From contig NC_086110.1 in the NCBI RefSeq assembly GCF_963921235.1, positions 23,498,001 through 23,562,000 of the forward strand: a DNA stretch of 64,000 nucleotides. Reading direction: 5' to 3'. Positions within the stretch are counted from its first letter, which is position 1. Every line of letters starts with the position of its first letter. Source of the stretch: Mobula hypostoma. Taxonomy: Eukaryota. Position numbers and translations under genes: made by a program. Below are positions 12,190-23,859 of this stretch, in pieces. The notes under the pieces were generated by a model. That model had not been told where the DNA came from. It saw nothing but the letters and a program-made list of their open reading frames with translations, and did no database searches.

Positions 12190-12500
12190 GGCACGTGGCC
12201 AAGTGGTTACGGCATTCGACTTGCGACCTGAAGGTCGTGGGTTCGAGCCCCAGCCAAGGCAGCGTATTGTGTCCTTGAGCAAGGCACTTAACCACACATT
12301 GTTCTGCGATGACGCTGGTGCCAAGCTGTATCGGCCCTTGCCCTTCCCTTGGACAACATTAGTTTCATGGAGAGGGGAGACTTGCAGCATGGGCAACTGC
12401 CGGTCTTCCATACAACCTTGCCCAGGCCTGCGGCCTGGAGAGTGAAGACTTTCCAGGCACAGATCCATGGTCTCGCAAGACTAACGGATGCCTTAAATAG
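12190..12500 (+). mobile_element. Full-length tRNA-derived SINE with CORE-like domain and RTE-type tail
   Basis: A box tggccaagtgg, B box ggttcgagccc, CORE-like tgtgtccttgagcaaggcacttaacc, tail ccatggtctcgcaagactaacggatgcc; TSD ttttttgctgtg (12178-12189 / 12501-12512). Confidence 0.92.
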
Positions 12501-12904
12501 TTTTTTGCTGTGATGTTGCCTTAATGTAGCATTTTGAAGATAACCATTCAGCCCATTCAATCTGTGCTGCCCAATGGAGTGCAGTCCAGTCAGTGCCATC
12601 CCTCATCTCTCATGTCCTTGCCAATTCAGGTCCTTTCCAGACTGGCCTAATTGAACTTTGCTTCTTATACTCCTTACAGGTTACACTTACAGATCAGAGC
12701 AGGTATTTGTGTGCTAGTGGTGGGATGCACAGGAAAGCTTCTTTGGAAGGGATAGTTCATGGCTGAACTGACTGGGCACTGTCCACTCCACTGCAGTACT
12801 TGAGGATACAGGCATTCACTTTGTTTTCAGGTTGTCCTTCAAATGGGAAAAAAACACCCTTTTCCCAACAATGTCACTGATTTATGCCTGGGTGCTGGGT
12901 TGGT

Positions 12905-14410
12905 GTTCAAAGTTCAAAGAAAATTTATTGTCAAAGTACACATATGTCACCTTATAAACCCTGAGATTCATCTTCATGCGGGTGAAACCCTTTTTTACTG
13001 GGGGTCTCTGGAAATGCAGCTTGTTACCCCCTCACTAACAGCCACTGGACTCCACAGCGAGAAGCCCATCTTTCTAGGGCTTTGTATGTCTGGGGTTTGG
13101 TCCTGCCAAATCCACGAGGTTGTGATGTCTCCCTACCCAAACACCGGTTTGAGTGAATGCTGTATGATTTACTGCCTCCCCCAGCAATCGCCTGTTGGCC
13201 AGAAATAACAGATCAGACACTGCATACAATTATAAAGAAGTATATTTAAGAATGTTAATTTAAGCAACCAGTTATTAAAGGAAAGTAAGAAAAAAATAAC
13301 AAGGGACCATTCTACTTAAACAGTCTCATGTGCATAGTGGAGATCAAGTCTTCCAGAAGCCATTGTTTTCAACATACACACTGCACCTTCCGAATGTCGC
13401 TCGAAATCCATCTTGAATCCGTCTCGCTCTCCCACGGGAGTATTGGTCCTTCCTCCTTGAAGCCATTCATCTGCACAAAGCACCTTGTGCAACAGGGATA
13501 GCATCCTCCGCCATCTTCCCTCCCTGCTCCCGCCAAAAAGACCTCAACCCACACCAGCGTCCCTCACGAAAACTCTCCGCCCAGCGTCCTCTAGAACCTT
13601 CTCTCAATTCCACCATCCTGATTGGCTGACACCACATTCTGAAGTCGAACAACAAAGCCCCTTATCTCAGCTCAAACCCGAACAGGCTGCTCTTACAGAA
13701 CTGCTAAAGTGAAATACCAGGACATTACACATGCATATTCAATAAATCCAATAACCATAATAGAGTCAATGAAAGACTGCACCAACAGGGCAGACAACCA
13801 GTGCAAAAGACAACAATCTGTGCAAATATAATATTAAAGAAAAATAGCTAATAATAATAAATGAACATTAGGTACTGAAAACCTGAAATAAATGTCCTTG
13901 GAAGTGAGTTTATAGGTTATGGAAACAGTTCGGTGATGGTGCAAGTGAAGTTGAGTGAATTTATCCCCTTTGGGTTCAAAAGCCTGATGCTTGAAGCGTA
14001 ATAACTGTACCGGAACATGGTGGTGTGGGTCCTAAGGCTCCTGTGCCACCTTCCTGATGGCAGCAGCAAGAAGAGAGCATGACCTGGGTGGTGGGGATCA
14101 CTGATGATGGATGCTGCTTTCCTGCTACAATGCTCCATGTAGATATGCTCAATGGTGGGGAGGGCTTTACCCGTGATGGACTGGGCCATAGCCACTAGTT
14201 TTTGTAGGATTTTCCATTCAAGGGCATAGCAGAATGTGATGCAGCCAGTCACTATACTCTGCTCCACACATCTATAAAAGTTTGATGTCACGCTGAATTT
14301 TCACAAGTTTCTAAGGAAGTAGAGACAATGCCGTGCTTTCTTCCTAATTGCACTTATGGGCTGAGCCCAGGAGAGGTCCTTTGAAATGATAATACTAAGG
14401 AATTCAAAGT
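12905..14410 (-). mobile_element. Rex1/Babar-like LINE 3' part, interrupted by a solo LTR
   Basis: Tail ttcaaagttcaaagaaaatttattgtc; ORF 13917-14291 with KAASIISDPHHPGHALFLLLPSGR. Confidence 0.88.
12983..13729 (-). mobile_element. Probable solo LTR (Gypsy-like)
   Basis: About 750-bp insert with TG...CA termini (tgaaac ... cattaca; minus strand begins TGTAAT) that cleanly splits a LINE tail; TSD unclear. Confidence 0.6.
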
Positions 14411-14926
14411 GAGCATGTGTAGGCAGAATAATAAAAAGGTCAAACGCTTTCTACTGTAAAGAATGATTGGGTTGGGTCATCGTGTGGGAGCGGAAATATG
14501 AGTTTTCTGCAAAGTCCCTGCAGTGCTGTTGCATGCCGATTATTATACAGTGAACGCTTTGAAACCCTTTGGAGTGTTCTGCTGCTTGGGGATGTGGACC
14601 ACACCAGCCGGCATCAGAAGAGAAGATGACAACAAATGAACAGGTTTGGAGAGAAGAGGCGTACTCTACCCAGGTTCCTCCTCACTGCTCACTCAAGCTG
14701 CCAAAAATCAAATGAAAGCAGATACATCTGTTCTCTGTATATTTTTCTTTTATCATTATTCTTTCTTATTGATTAAATCTTGAATGGTCCTTCCTCTCTA
14801 GCGCAGTGTCTTTGCCGTTTCCACAGATGGGATGAGTTAATCAGTGTGAATTAGGACCTTCCTGGAGTGTGTGCCTCGGCTGTTTGTTGGACAAATCCAC
14901 CGAAGTATAAATCAACGTTTTAGCCT

Positions 14927-15726
14927 GTATCATAGCAACAGGGGTAGACCATTCAGTCCCTTAATCCTTTCCCAGTATTCATTTACTTCCCGACTGATCC
15001 ATATCTCAAATTAATCCACCTGCTTTGGTTCTATAACCTTTAATATACTGTTGCCTAACAAAATAACTGTCCATCAACTGTATTTCTAATTTTAAGGTGC
15101 CTTCATTATCCTTATTATTAAACAAAATAAATCAATTTTGCCGCTTTCCAGTGTTGCTGCAGCAGCATATGAAACCTAATATAAAAGCTGTGCAATTCTA
15201 TATGCATTTGATCCTGTGTCCATAGCAACAAAACCATAACCTGTTTTATCATGGGATTGAAAAGGCTTATGGAGGAAATCAGTCAAGACTAAATGTAATG
15301 TGGAAATAGACCTTTCTATCACCTGCCAAGGATCATACGTCAGACCATGGGATTGATTCCTGGGTTTGAGAAGATGTGTGCTTTTTATTCATAACAGGAG
15401 TTACCAAGCGATCAGGAAGTCTTTCTGCCTTTTAATTTATTTTTTAGTTCGGTAATTCCCCCTTGATCAATGTGATTGATTGTTATGGTTATAATGTATT
15501 CCTTGCCATGGCAAGTGTAAGAACACAGCAGGAAGTCTCGGATATGCACTGTGCATTGGTGACGTTAGAATCCCTTTCCTACTAACCACAGGTTGAACAA
15601 AAAAACTTAGCCTAAAAATGTCATGTAAAAGTCACTGTAGGGATTTTGTATCACAAGCGAAATGTTGGACTTGACCTCAGCACCAAACAGACACAGTCAG
15701 CATGTCGTTCAACTGAGCTCACGTGA
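14927..15726. promoter_or_regulatory. Candidate promoter/enhancer with RFX X-box, ETS, CRE and E-box motifs
   Basis: gtatcatagcaac 14927, gtgtccatagcaac 15216, palindrome cttgccatggcaag 15502, caggaagt 15413 and 15529, attgg+tgacgtta 15555-15567, tcacgtga 15719, in largely repeat-free DNA. Confidence 0.4.
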
Positions 15727-15922
15727 TGGATGTATCAAATCAGCGGGCGGCAGTCTCTGGGGGCAATGCCACAGCATTCGCCTCTCCCACTGGTGTACCT
15801 GGTACCAAGCAGCAACTGCTTGGTCAAAGTGACTTTCATCTTGGTCACAGGACTGTGATTTACAGTGATCAGCTGATATGCTGCTGCCTGCAGCCAAAGA
15901 TTTATCCTTTCGAAGCCTCCAG
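15726..15922 (+). CDS. Candidate first coding exon (MDVSNQRAAVSGG...ICCCLQPKIYPFEAS), product unknown
   Basis: Strong Kozak gtgATGG, open frame in unique DNA, possible donor CAG|gttgga; no recognised homology. Confidence 0.25.
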
Positions 15923-15994
15923 GTTGGAGCTTTTGTGTAGAAGTGAGAGTGTTATCATTGTAATATTCTGTTGCTTGGTAAAATGTTCTGTCTG

Positions 15995-16275
15995 ATTAAA
16001 CAATCTGGACATACCCTCTTCTCATTACCACCATCAGGGAGGGGGTACAGGACCCTGAAGACCCACACTGTTACTGATTTAACCAGCTTCAACCCCTCTG
16101 CCATCACATTTCTGAATGGTTCATGAACACTGCCTCACTATTCCTCTTTTGCACTATTTATTTAAGGTACTTTTATCGGAACTATAACAATTTTTATGTC
16201 TTGCACTGTTCTGCTGCCACAAAAACAATGAATTTCATGACATATGTTAGTGATAATAAACTTGATTCTAGTTGT
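15995..16275 (+). mobile_element. Rex1/Babar-like LINE 3' end
   Basis: ctcttctcattaccaccatcagggagggggtacagg..ctgctgccacaaaaacaatgaatttcatgacatatg..aataaacttgattc, same tail as at 7.5-7.77 kb. Confidence 0.85.
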
Positions 16276-16389
16276 GATTCATATCCTTATATCTGTCGCC
16301 ACTTTCCTCAAACTTGCTTTGTGGTCATGCCATGATATAGGTAAAGGGTGACTGGCTTCCTTTTTATTTTGGTAACCATCCATCTGGAA

Positions 16390-16540
16390 TCTATTCTGGT
16401 TTCTTCCTCTTTCCTTTCCAGTCCCAATGAAGGGTCTCGGCCCGAAACATCGACGGGTTATCCCTCTGCATAGGCGCTGACTGACCTGCTGAGTTCCTCC
16501 AGCATTTTGTGTGTATTGCACTGAGTTTCCGGCATCTCTA
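16390..16540 (+). mobile_element. PLE terminal repeat with hammerhead-like motif
   Basis: cagtcccaatgaagggtctcggcccgaaacatcgac..ctgacctgctgagttcctccagcattttgtgtg. Confidence 0.85.
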
Positions 16541-16699
16541 ATATGAATTGTTTGTGGAATTGAATCATAATCTCCAATTCAAATTTGTAGGAAGATGGTA
16601 AACAAATCTAGTTTTGTCATTTGGGCTTAAAATCTTCAATAACATTTGACCAAACTGGTTAACTCTGTCTTTCCTTCATCCTGTTCCATACTCAAAATT

Positions 16700-18575
16700 C
16701 AAAGTTAAAAATACAAAGTAAATTTATTATCAAAGTACATAGATGTTACCATACACAACCCTAAGATTTATTTTCTTGTGGGCATTCACAATAAGTACAA
16801 GAAACACAATTGAGGCAATGAAGAACTGCCCTCAACAGGGTGAGCAACCAACCAGGCAACAAATGTAAATAAATAAACAAACAAACAATAAATATCCAGA
16901 TTACAAAGAGTACTTGAAAGTGAGTGAATAGGTTGTCTGAACAGTTCAGTGATGGGGCAAGTGAAGTTATCCCCTCTGGTTCATGAGCCTGATGGTTGAA
17001 CTGTTCCATCATCAAATATCCTCACCACCCAGGCCATGCTCTTTTCTCACTGCTGCGGTCAGGTAGAAGGTACAGGCGCCGTAGGACTCGCACCACCAGG
17101 TTCAAGAACAGTTACTACCCCTCAACCATTCAGCTCTTGAACAAAAGGGGATAGCTGCACACATTTGAACACTCTTACATTGTTATTTCATGCTTGTTAT
17201 TTATTACTATTTATTTATATTGACATTTGCACAGATTTTTTACAGGTAGCAGTTCCTAATGTTTGCAGTTTTCAATTTTCTCTAGATTTGTTTAGTATGC
17301 CTGCAGAAAAAGAATCTCAGGGCTGTATGTGGTGACATGTATGTGCTCTGTTAATAAATTTTACTTTGAACTTTGAACTTTGAAGCTGGCAGTGTGAGTC
17401 CTGAGGCTCCTGCGCCTTCTTTCTGATGGCAGCAGTGAAAAGAGAGCATGGCTTGGATGCTGGGGGTCATTGATGATGGATGCTGCTTTCCTACGTCAGC
17501 GCTCGGTGTCGATGTGCTCAGTGGTGGGGCGGGCTTTACCCGTGATGGACTGAGCAGTATCCATTACTTTTTGTAGGCTTTCCATTCAAGGGCATTGAAT
17601 GGAATTCAATGTTTCTTTACCTGTCTGTGATGCAACCAGCCAATCTACTCTCCAACACACATCTATAGAAGTTTGTCAAAGTTTTAGATTACATGCCGAA
17701 TCTTCGCAAACTTCGAAGAAAGTAGAGGCGCTACCATGCTTTTTGTAATGGCACTTATGGTACCTCTGGTTTTCTCCTTCTGAAATTAATAATCAGCTCT
17801 TTGGTCTTGCTGATATTGATTGAGAGGTTGTTATTGTGGCACCATTCAGCCAGATTTCCAATCTCCCTCCTATATGCTGATCTGTCCCCACCTTTGATTC
17901 AGCTAAAGTCACTGGTGTCATCAGTAAACTTAAAGCTGTGCTTGGCCTTAAAGTCATAAGTATATAGGAAGTAGAGCAGGCGGCTAAACACACAGCCTTG
18001 TGGTGAACCTGTACTGATGGAGATCACTGGAGGAGATGTTGTTGCCAATCTGACTGGGGTCTGCAGTGAGGAGACTGAGGATCCATTTGCACAAAGGGGT
18101 CTTGAGATCAAGGTCGTGATTCTTATTGATTAGATTTGGTGGGGTGATAGTATTGAATGCTAAGATGTAGTCATTAAAGAGCATCCTGACGTATGCATCT
18201 TCCCTGTCCAGATGTTTCAGGGTTGAGTGAAGAGTGATGAAATGGCATCTGCTGTTGACCGGTTGTGGTGGTAGGTAGATTAGAGCAGATCCAAGTCACT
18301 TCTGAGGCAGAAATTGGTGTGTTTCATCTTAAGCCTCTCAACGCTCTTCTCCACTGTGATTGTAAGTGCTACTGGATGACAGTCATTGAGGCTGGTTACC
18401 ATGTTCTTCCTTGGCACCGGTTTAATTGAAGCCAGCTTGAAGCATCTGGGTACCTTAGACTGCCGAAGCGAGAGGTTAAACAATGAACATTCGAGCCAGC
18501 TGATCAGCACAAGTCTTTAGTAGTTGGCCAGGTACCCCCTCTGGGCCAAATGCCTTCCGTGGGTTCATTCTCCTG
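16700..18575 (-). mobile_element. Rex1/Babar-like LINE (RT region to tail), split by an opposite-strand copy
   Basis: ASIKPVPRKNMVTSLNDCHPVALT, LAFNTI, STGSPQGCVFS, KFTDDT on the minus strand; tail near 16700. Confidence 0.9.
17001..17383 (+). mobile_element. 5'-truncated Rex1/Babar-like LINE 3' end
   Basis: tccatcatcaaatatcctcaccacccaggccatg..aataaattttactttgaactttgaactttga tail. Confidence 0.85.
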
Positions 18576-20851
18576 TAAGGCATATCTGAAGTATCAGCTC
18601 CTGACACATACTGTTTCTTTCCCTCCCCTCACTTCACGTTTTGAAATAGCTCTTCTCCCTGAAATGAAAAATTGTTAGTGTCTGGGGATTGACCCACATG
18701 GGGTCTGACCACTTTTTAATGGGAATGGTGGGGGGGTAGATTGCTGGCATGGTGGGAGTTTACAGAGGATGCAACCTCTTACTCAACCCTTCAACCCTTG
18801 TTGTACAGATCTTCAAGTCTAGTACAGTATTAACTTGTGCAGCAAACCTCAGAGGAAAGAACATAAACAGAGTTTTAAATTTAAGAACAATGCCTTGACT
18901 GTGTCATATCTTGTACCTACTTGTTTTTTAAATTCCCCATTCATTTCAGAACATGATTATACTTGTTTCATACATGAAAGGGAAGGTTTTAATTCAGTAG
19001 ATTACGGTCTGTATAAATATTTGCAAAGGGTGAGCTCCAGAGCATTAGTTAGATGCATTCCCCCCGTCCCGCTTTGGATAGGTATAAGATCCCTTTTCTA
19101 CCTTTCATACAGGTTGAAGAGGACGTCAGATGGGAATCAGAGGTGTTAGCAGATGGCCTTGTTCCAGGCGTTCTATGGCCCTGCTGTTAACAGCAGCCCC
19201 ATATCTAATTATTTTGTTTTCCTTCATTTGATCTTCCTCAGCATTTCCCTAAAGCTATATGGTTGAAATGTACCTCCCAACCTGCAGCTGGTCCTTCAGT
19301 GGCTGGTAATGTCCCCTCACTTAAGTGGATGAAGTGAACTACACGTACTGAGAAAAGACAAATTGATCATAAGTACGAAATTTAAAACCGAGCTCTGGGT
19401 AAAGAATCCATTTTCATTCTCTTCTGCTTCTGCATATACTGGAAAGGACAACTATTTTGTTTGATGTTAAAGGAAATATAATACTAAACTTCATCCAGGC
19501 AATTGTATAGCAGGACGAGAAGACTGGAGGAAATTTATGTTTCATTCTCTGGCCTGTTGTCAACTGGGAGGCTTCATTCCTCTGCGCTGTACACGAGTTA
19601 GTCAAAATGGTTTTAAAAAAAAGATGAATATGATTTTCTGAAGCATTCCTGTTATTTCTTGAGGAATTCCACATTACACGAGTCATCCCTGCGGTGTAGC
19701 CAATATCTCTCGCTCTCTTGTCCGTGATTAGGTGGCAGTCACTTTTCTGATTATATGGCAGATGCCTGCTTAGTGTCATTTCATATCATGCTAGCATGTG
19801 TGCCATCTGTTCCAGATGTCAAGACAAATCTGATGGGGGCTGTTGAATAGGATTGACCATTCCTCTCTGTGTGTGAACTACCTTCAAGACCACGGGCCAC
19901 AAGATGTGGAATTCCTTCCCTGCATCTCTGTCTTCTGCTTTTAAGCTTCTCCTTAGAACATACCAAACATATTTCCTAGTGCTAGTTTTGTAGCTCTTTC
20001 AAATTTAATATGCTAGCTCTTTAAAAATAGCAAGATTTTGCTATTGTAAAATGTTAATCAGAGACAAGTTAATGACGTTGGTTTTTTTAAATGCAGGGTG
20101 ATTATGATTTGCAATTCACTAGGTGTATGGGAAAGGAATCAATCCGGACTTTCAGGTGGAAATACAATTGAGGGAGAGTAATCATAGGGAATTGACAGGG
20201 TTACTCTGCGAAGAGCTTGTGGGAATTTGATGAGACTTTTGTATGTAATAATTCTGGTGTATAACAATCTGCAATGAAGCAAGGAACTTATCTGAAGACC
20301 CTCTAAGTCGTATTGTAACACCTGCAGCTGGCTTGGTCTACGCCCCAGGAGTATGTGAATTTAAAGATGATGCTCTGGATAATGAGTGTTGGGGATTCTC
20401 TCCCAGAAAGAGATGTCCTACAACGTACCCAAGCTGCCATTAACACTTTCTTTCTCTTTGTAACTGTGTGAGGAAACCTTTTTTTGTTTTCTTTCATGAG
20501 ATAATGTTCTATGTTGCTGCAAAGAGCTGATTTTAACACAATTTATACCCTGGGTTTATATGCCATGACAAAAAAGTTGAACTTGATACTTCAAGAACAT
20601 TTTGCTCCTAAGAGTGATATATACAGTGCACTCATCCATGCTATAATGCCTATCTATTACCCTCCTTCCCTCCTTCCCTGCTTTGCTGCCCTTCAATCTG
20701 CCTGTTCTTCTGAGCCATTGGCACTGTCCACTCTCTTTCCTGTCCAAGCACAGCCACTGATACTCCCCAAACTTGGCTTTGCTTTCCCTTCCAATGCTGT
20801 GCTCCTCTCTTCAGATACATAAGTAATCAACAACAAGCCTTGAATTAAAGT

Positions 20852-21569
20852 TCAAAGTTTAAAGCAAATTTATTATCAAAATACGTATGTGTGTGTTCGT
20901 CCATCGTCGTCGATGAAGACCTCGACACCATTAGTCAAATGATGATGGTGTCGAGACTAGCGCTTGATTTGGATTTAAGTGAGGGAGAGTTGCACAGCGT
21001 CAGCCTCACTCTCTCTTCCCAATTCCCATCTGGATCCAGTGGCAAGACAAGAATCGAGACGGCTGGAGATGGGACTAGGTGCAGTGGATGACCAGGACGT
21101 CTCCTGTGTCTAGTCGTGCTCTACGCGTTACACAACCCTTGCAGAGACCGCCTTCTTGACCGTTGGACCTTCCATTGGTCTCGTCTGCTCAATCTGCCGG
21201 AGTCTGTCTTCACATGCTGGAATAGACAACTCCCTATCTCACTGAGGGTTTGAGACCCGTCGGCTACCCTCACCTGGTTTAGCCGGCTTGTCGAAGCCGT
21301 TGCCTGGGGTGTGGCCACTGTCGCATGCAAACAGCTACGGGGAGCCACAGGTGAGAGCTGAGTGCCAGGTGGGGACCAAAGGTGGACTAACCGCCCTGAA
21401 AAGGACGCGACATGTTCCGCCACCAGAGGTGCTACCTCTCCCTGACACCCCATACACCCCTAAATACATATATGTCACCATACACAACCCTGAGATTCAT
21501 TTTCTTGTGGTCATATTCAATAAATCCAAAATAGAATCATTGAAAGACCATACCAACTTTGGTGTGGTG
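20852..21569 (-). mobile_element. Rex1-type LINE 3' tail fragment (host of the RTE element)
   Basis: ttcaaagtttaaagcaaatttattatcaaaatac...atatatgtcaccatacacaaccctgagattcattttcttgtgg; flanked by aaagt. Confidence 0.8.
20889..21461 (-). mobile_element. RTE-derived non-autonomous retroelement
   Basis: TSD aaatacgtat (20879-20888) / aaatacatat (21462-21471); (ac)n tail; minus-strand gctaaaccaggtgagggtagcc motif resembling RTE 5' UTRs; CpGs retained. Confidence 0.75.
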
Positions 21570-22079
21570 TAAAGTAAATATGATCTCGCAGTGTTTCCAG
21601 GAATGCAAACTGAGATGACATTAACTGTTGTTGGAAGTTCATCAAATGGATGAAAGTCACACTTTTGTCAGCCCCTGAAGGTGTCTCTTGTATTTCAAAA
21701 CTATTTATAATAAATGCCTGGAAAGACATGCTCCCAGAGTCACCTCTCTGGTTTCCTTTACTCAGTTCTTCATCATTAAAGATTGAAGTATGACTTTCAT
21801 CCAGTTGATAGTCTTCCAGTGACAGTTAATGTCTGACTCACTTTGTATCCCTGGGAACAGCTGGGAGATCACACTTGCTTTAATTCAAAGCACTTTACAG
21901 ACAGATTGGATTATTTTAGAGCACAATCATCATTTGGAATTATGATGTCACAATAATGGAAATGTGGTTGAGAGAGGTCGGGGTACCTGATTCTGTGGCA
22001 AAGAAGTTTCAAATATGATAGAGGGGAATGCAAAAGGAGAGAGGGGTCATCCTACTGATGAGGGGAAATATAAGACATA

Positions 22080-22322
22080 TTTCAAAGATGTACAGTCAGA
22101 GTTAGTGAGTTATGGGCATGTTATGTTGGCACTGGAAGCATGGTGACATTAACTGTCACTGGGAGTTCATCAACTAGATGAAAGTCACAATTTTGTCTTC
22201 CCCTGAAGGTGTCCCTTTTATTTCAGCACAATCATCACAAATTTGATTTGACACTACCAACGCATTTCACTATATGTTTCAATATTTCAATGTACATGTG
22301 ACAAACAAAGCTAATTTTTAAA
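22080..22322 (+). mobile_element. SINE 3' fragment containing a captured MITE segment
   Basis: gttagtgagttatgggcatgttatgttggcactgga...gcatttcactatatgtttc..tacatgtgacaaacaaagctaat matches the SINE at 60990-61262. Confidence 0.7.
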
Positions 22323-23859
22323 CTCTGGAATAGATCCTAAAGGACACTTGCGTACCTCAGAATGGGTGGCCATTTGTATGGCGAAGAGGGGAACATTAAA
22401 GTAAGGGAGTAGGACTGATTTGACCTTTATATCTGGGAGTAATTCCACAAATGATTCCACGCCCACCAATGCTACAGATTTTTTTTTCATGCACTGGTCA
22501 CGATGGCTGTAATTTCTACTGATGACAGTGGTTCCATTTCAGTAATAGGAATCCATTCAGAATTTCATCCCATCCCCACCTGAAAATTGTATTATTTCAC
22601 TTCTCCTTCTGGAGCCCAGGATTCACTGCTGGATTTATCAGTGCAGATTTTTTTTCCCTCTTCTTGCTACTGAGGTGCATTGATCCGTTTATGCAGTGAG
22701 ACATTGTAAATGCTAAAACCTGTTCATTGATTTAATCATTCATCCTGTCTTTAGTAAAATCTCACGTCAGAGCCTTTTTAGTGATTTAATTAACATTGTC
22801 AAGCCTGGTTATTTACAATGCAGACTTCTCTTTAGCCATGGACTGCTTTTACTTATTCCCATTCATTGGGTACAGTATTTCCAATATTGTGAATGTAGTT
22901 CTACAGCTCAGTGACCCTCTAAAAGATAAAACCCAAAACCGAAGATGGAGAAAGCAGCTTGCCCTCAGGTTTGGAAGGTTAGGGGTGTGCTGCTCATGCC
23001 ATCCTCGTTTACTGTCTGTTTAAATTTGGTATCATCTGTCGACACTGTGAATGTGCTCTTTGTTATATTCAATTTTCCATGGTTGATTCTTGGAAGCAAT
23101 TTTCAGATATTTGGATTTGACTCTTCGCTTTAAGAGGGAGTTTGAGTGATTTAACTTTGTCTTAGGGGAAATGTAGATCATATGTTTTCAATAATTAACA
23201 GTACAAATCAAGTGTGGCATTTTCTACTCATTCATTAGGCCATTGTATTTGTTTTAATCTTTATCCTGAAAGAGTGGCATTCAGTTCCAGATGGATCAAC
23301 CCTCTGTTAGGTGTTGTAGGAATGTATACTGTTTGATTGTTAGACCTTATCCAACATCATAATCTCTCAAGGAGCCTATCTAGAATGCTTGTAACTCATT
23401 TATATATGTTTTATTGAAGTAATATCAACATCAGCGGGGCAAGCATGTATTTTTTACGCCAATGATGCAAAAGCTATTATTTCAAACCTGATCACCCTTT
23501 GAGCAGACACTTCGTGCAGTATCTGTTTTAAATACACTTTTTCTCATATAATTTATTGTTTCTTTTTGTGATATTTACCTTTCTCACATCACAGCAAATG
23601 TAATCTACCTGAATGATGTCACTCTTTCATGTTGCCTAGAGCTGACAGCTTGAGTTCCTTTAATCTTGTGGCTCTTTTCTCTCCATATCCTTTCACACCA
23701 TTTATATGTATTTTGTGTGGTGCGATGTGCAGAGTTGAAATCGGGATCCCCAGGGCTAATACCAATGAAGCATCTCAAAGCAAGTACCCTCTGCAGAACA
23801 ATATCCTTGTAATCCCTTTCATTCTGTACTTCTGTAGCTCTTTTACGTTATTCGCAATC

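Larger units (their letters stand above)
20838..21891. mobile_element. Long-TIR MITE-like element, left terminus split by nested insertions
   Basis: 21570-21665 and 21785-21882 are inverted copies; the terminal gccttgaattaaag at 20838 complements ctttaattcaaagc at 21878-21891; second copy near 55.7 kb. Confidence 0.65.

Noticed and set aside
12190-12262. tRNA gene
   Set aside because: The A/B boxes continue into a SINE body and tail bounded by a TSD, so this is a SINE head.
19090-19190. Strong acceptor cccttttctacctttcatacag followed by VEEDVRWESEV..
   Set aside because: There is no convincing donor and no recognisable product, which is insufficient to call an exon.
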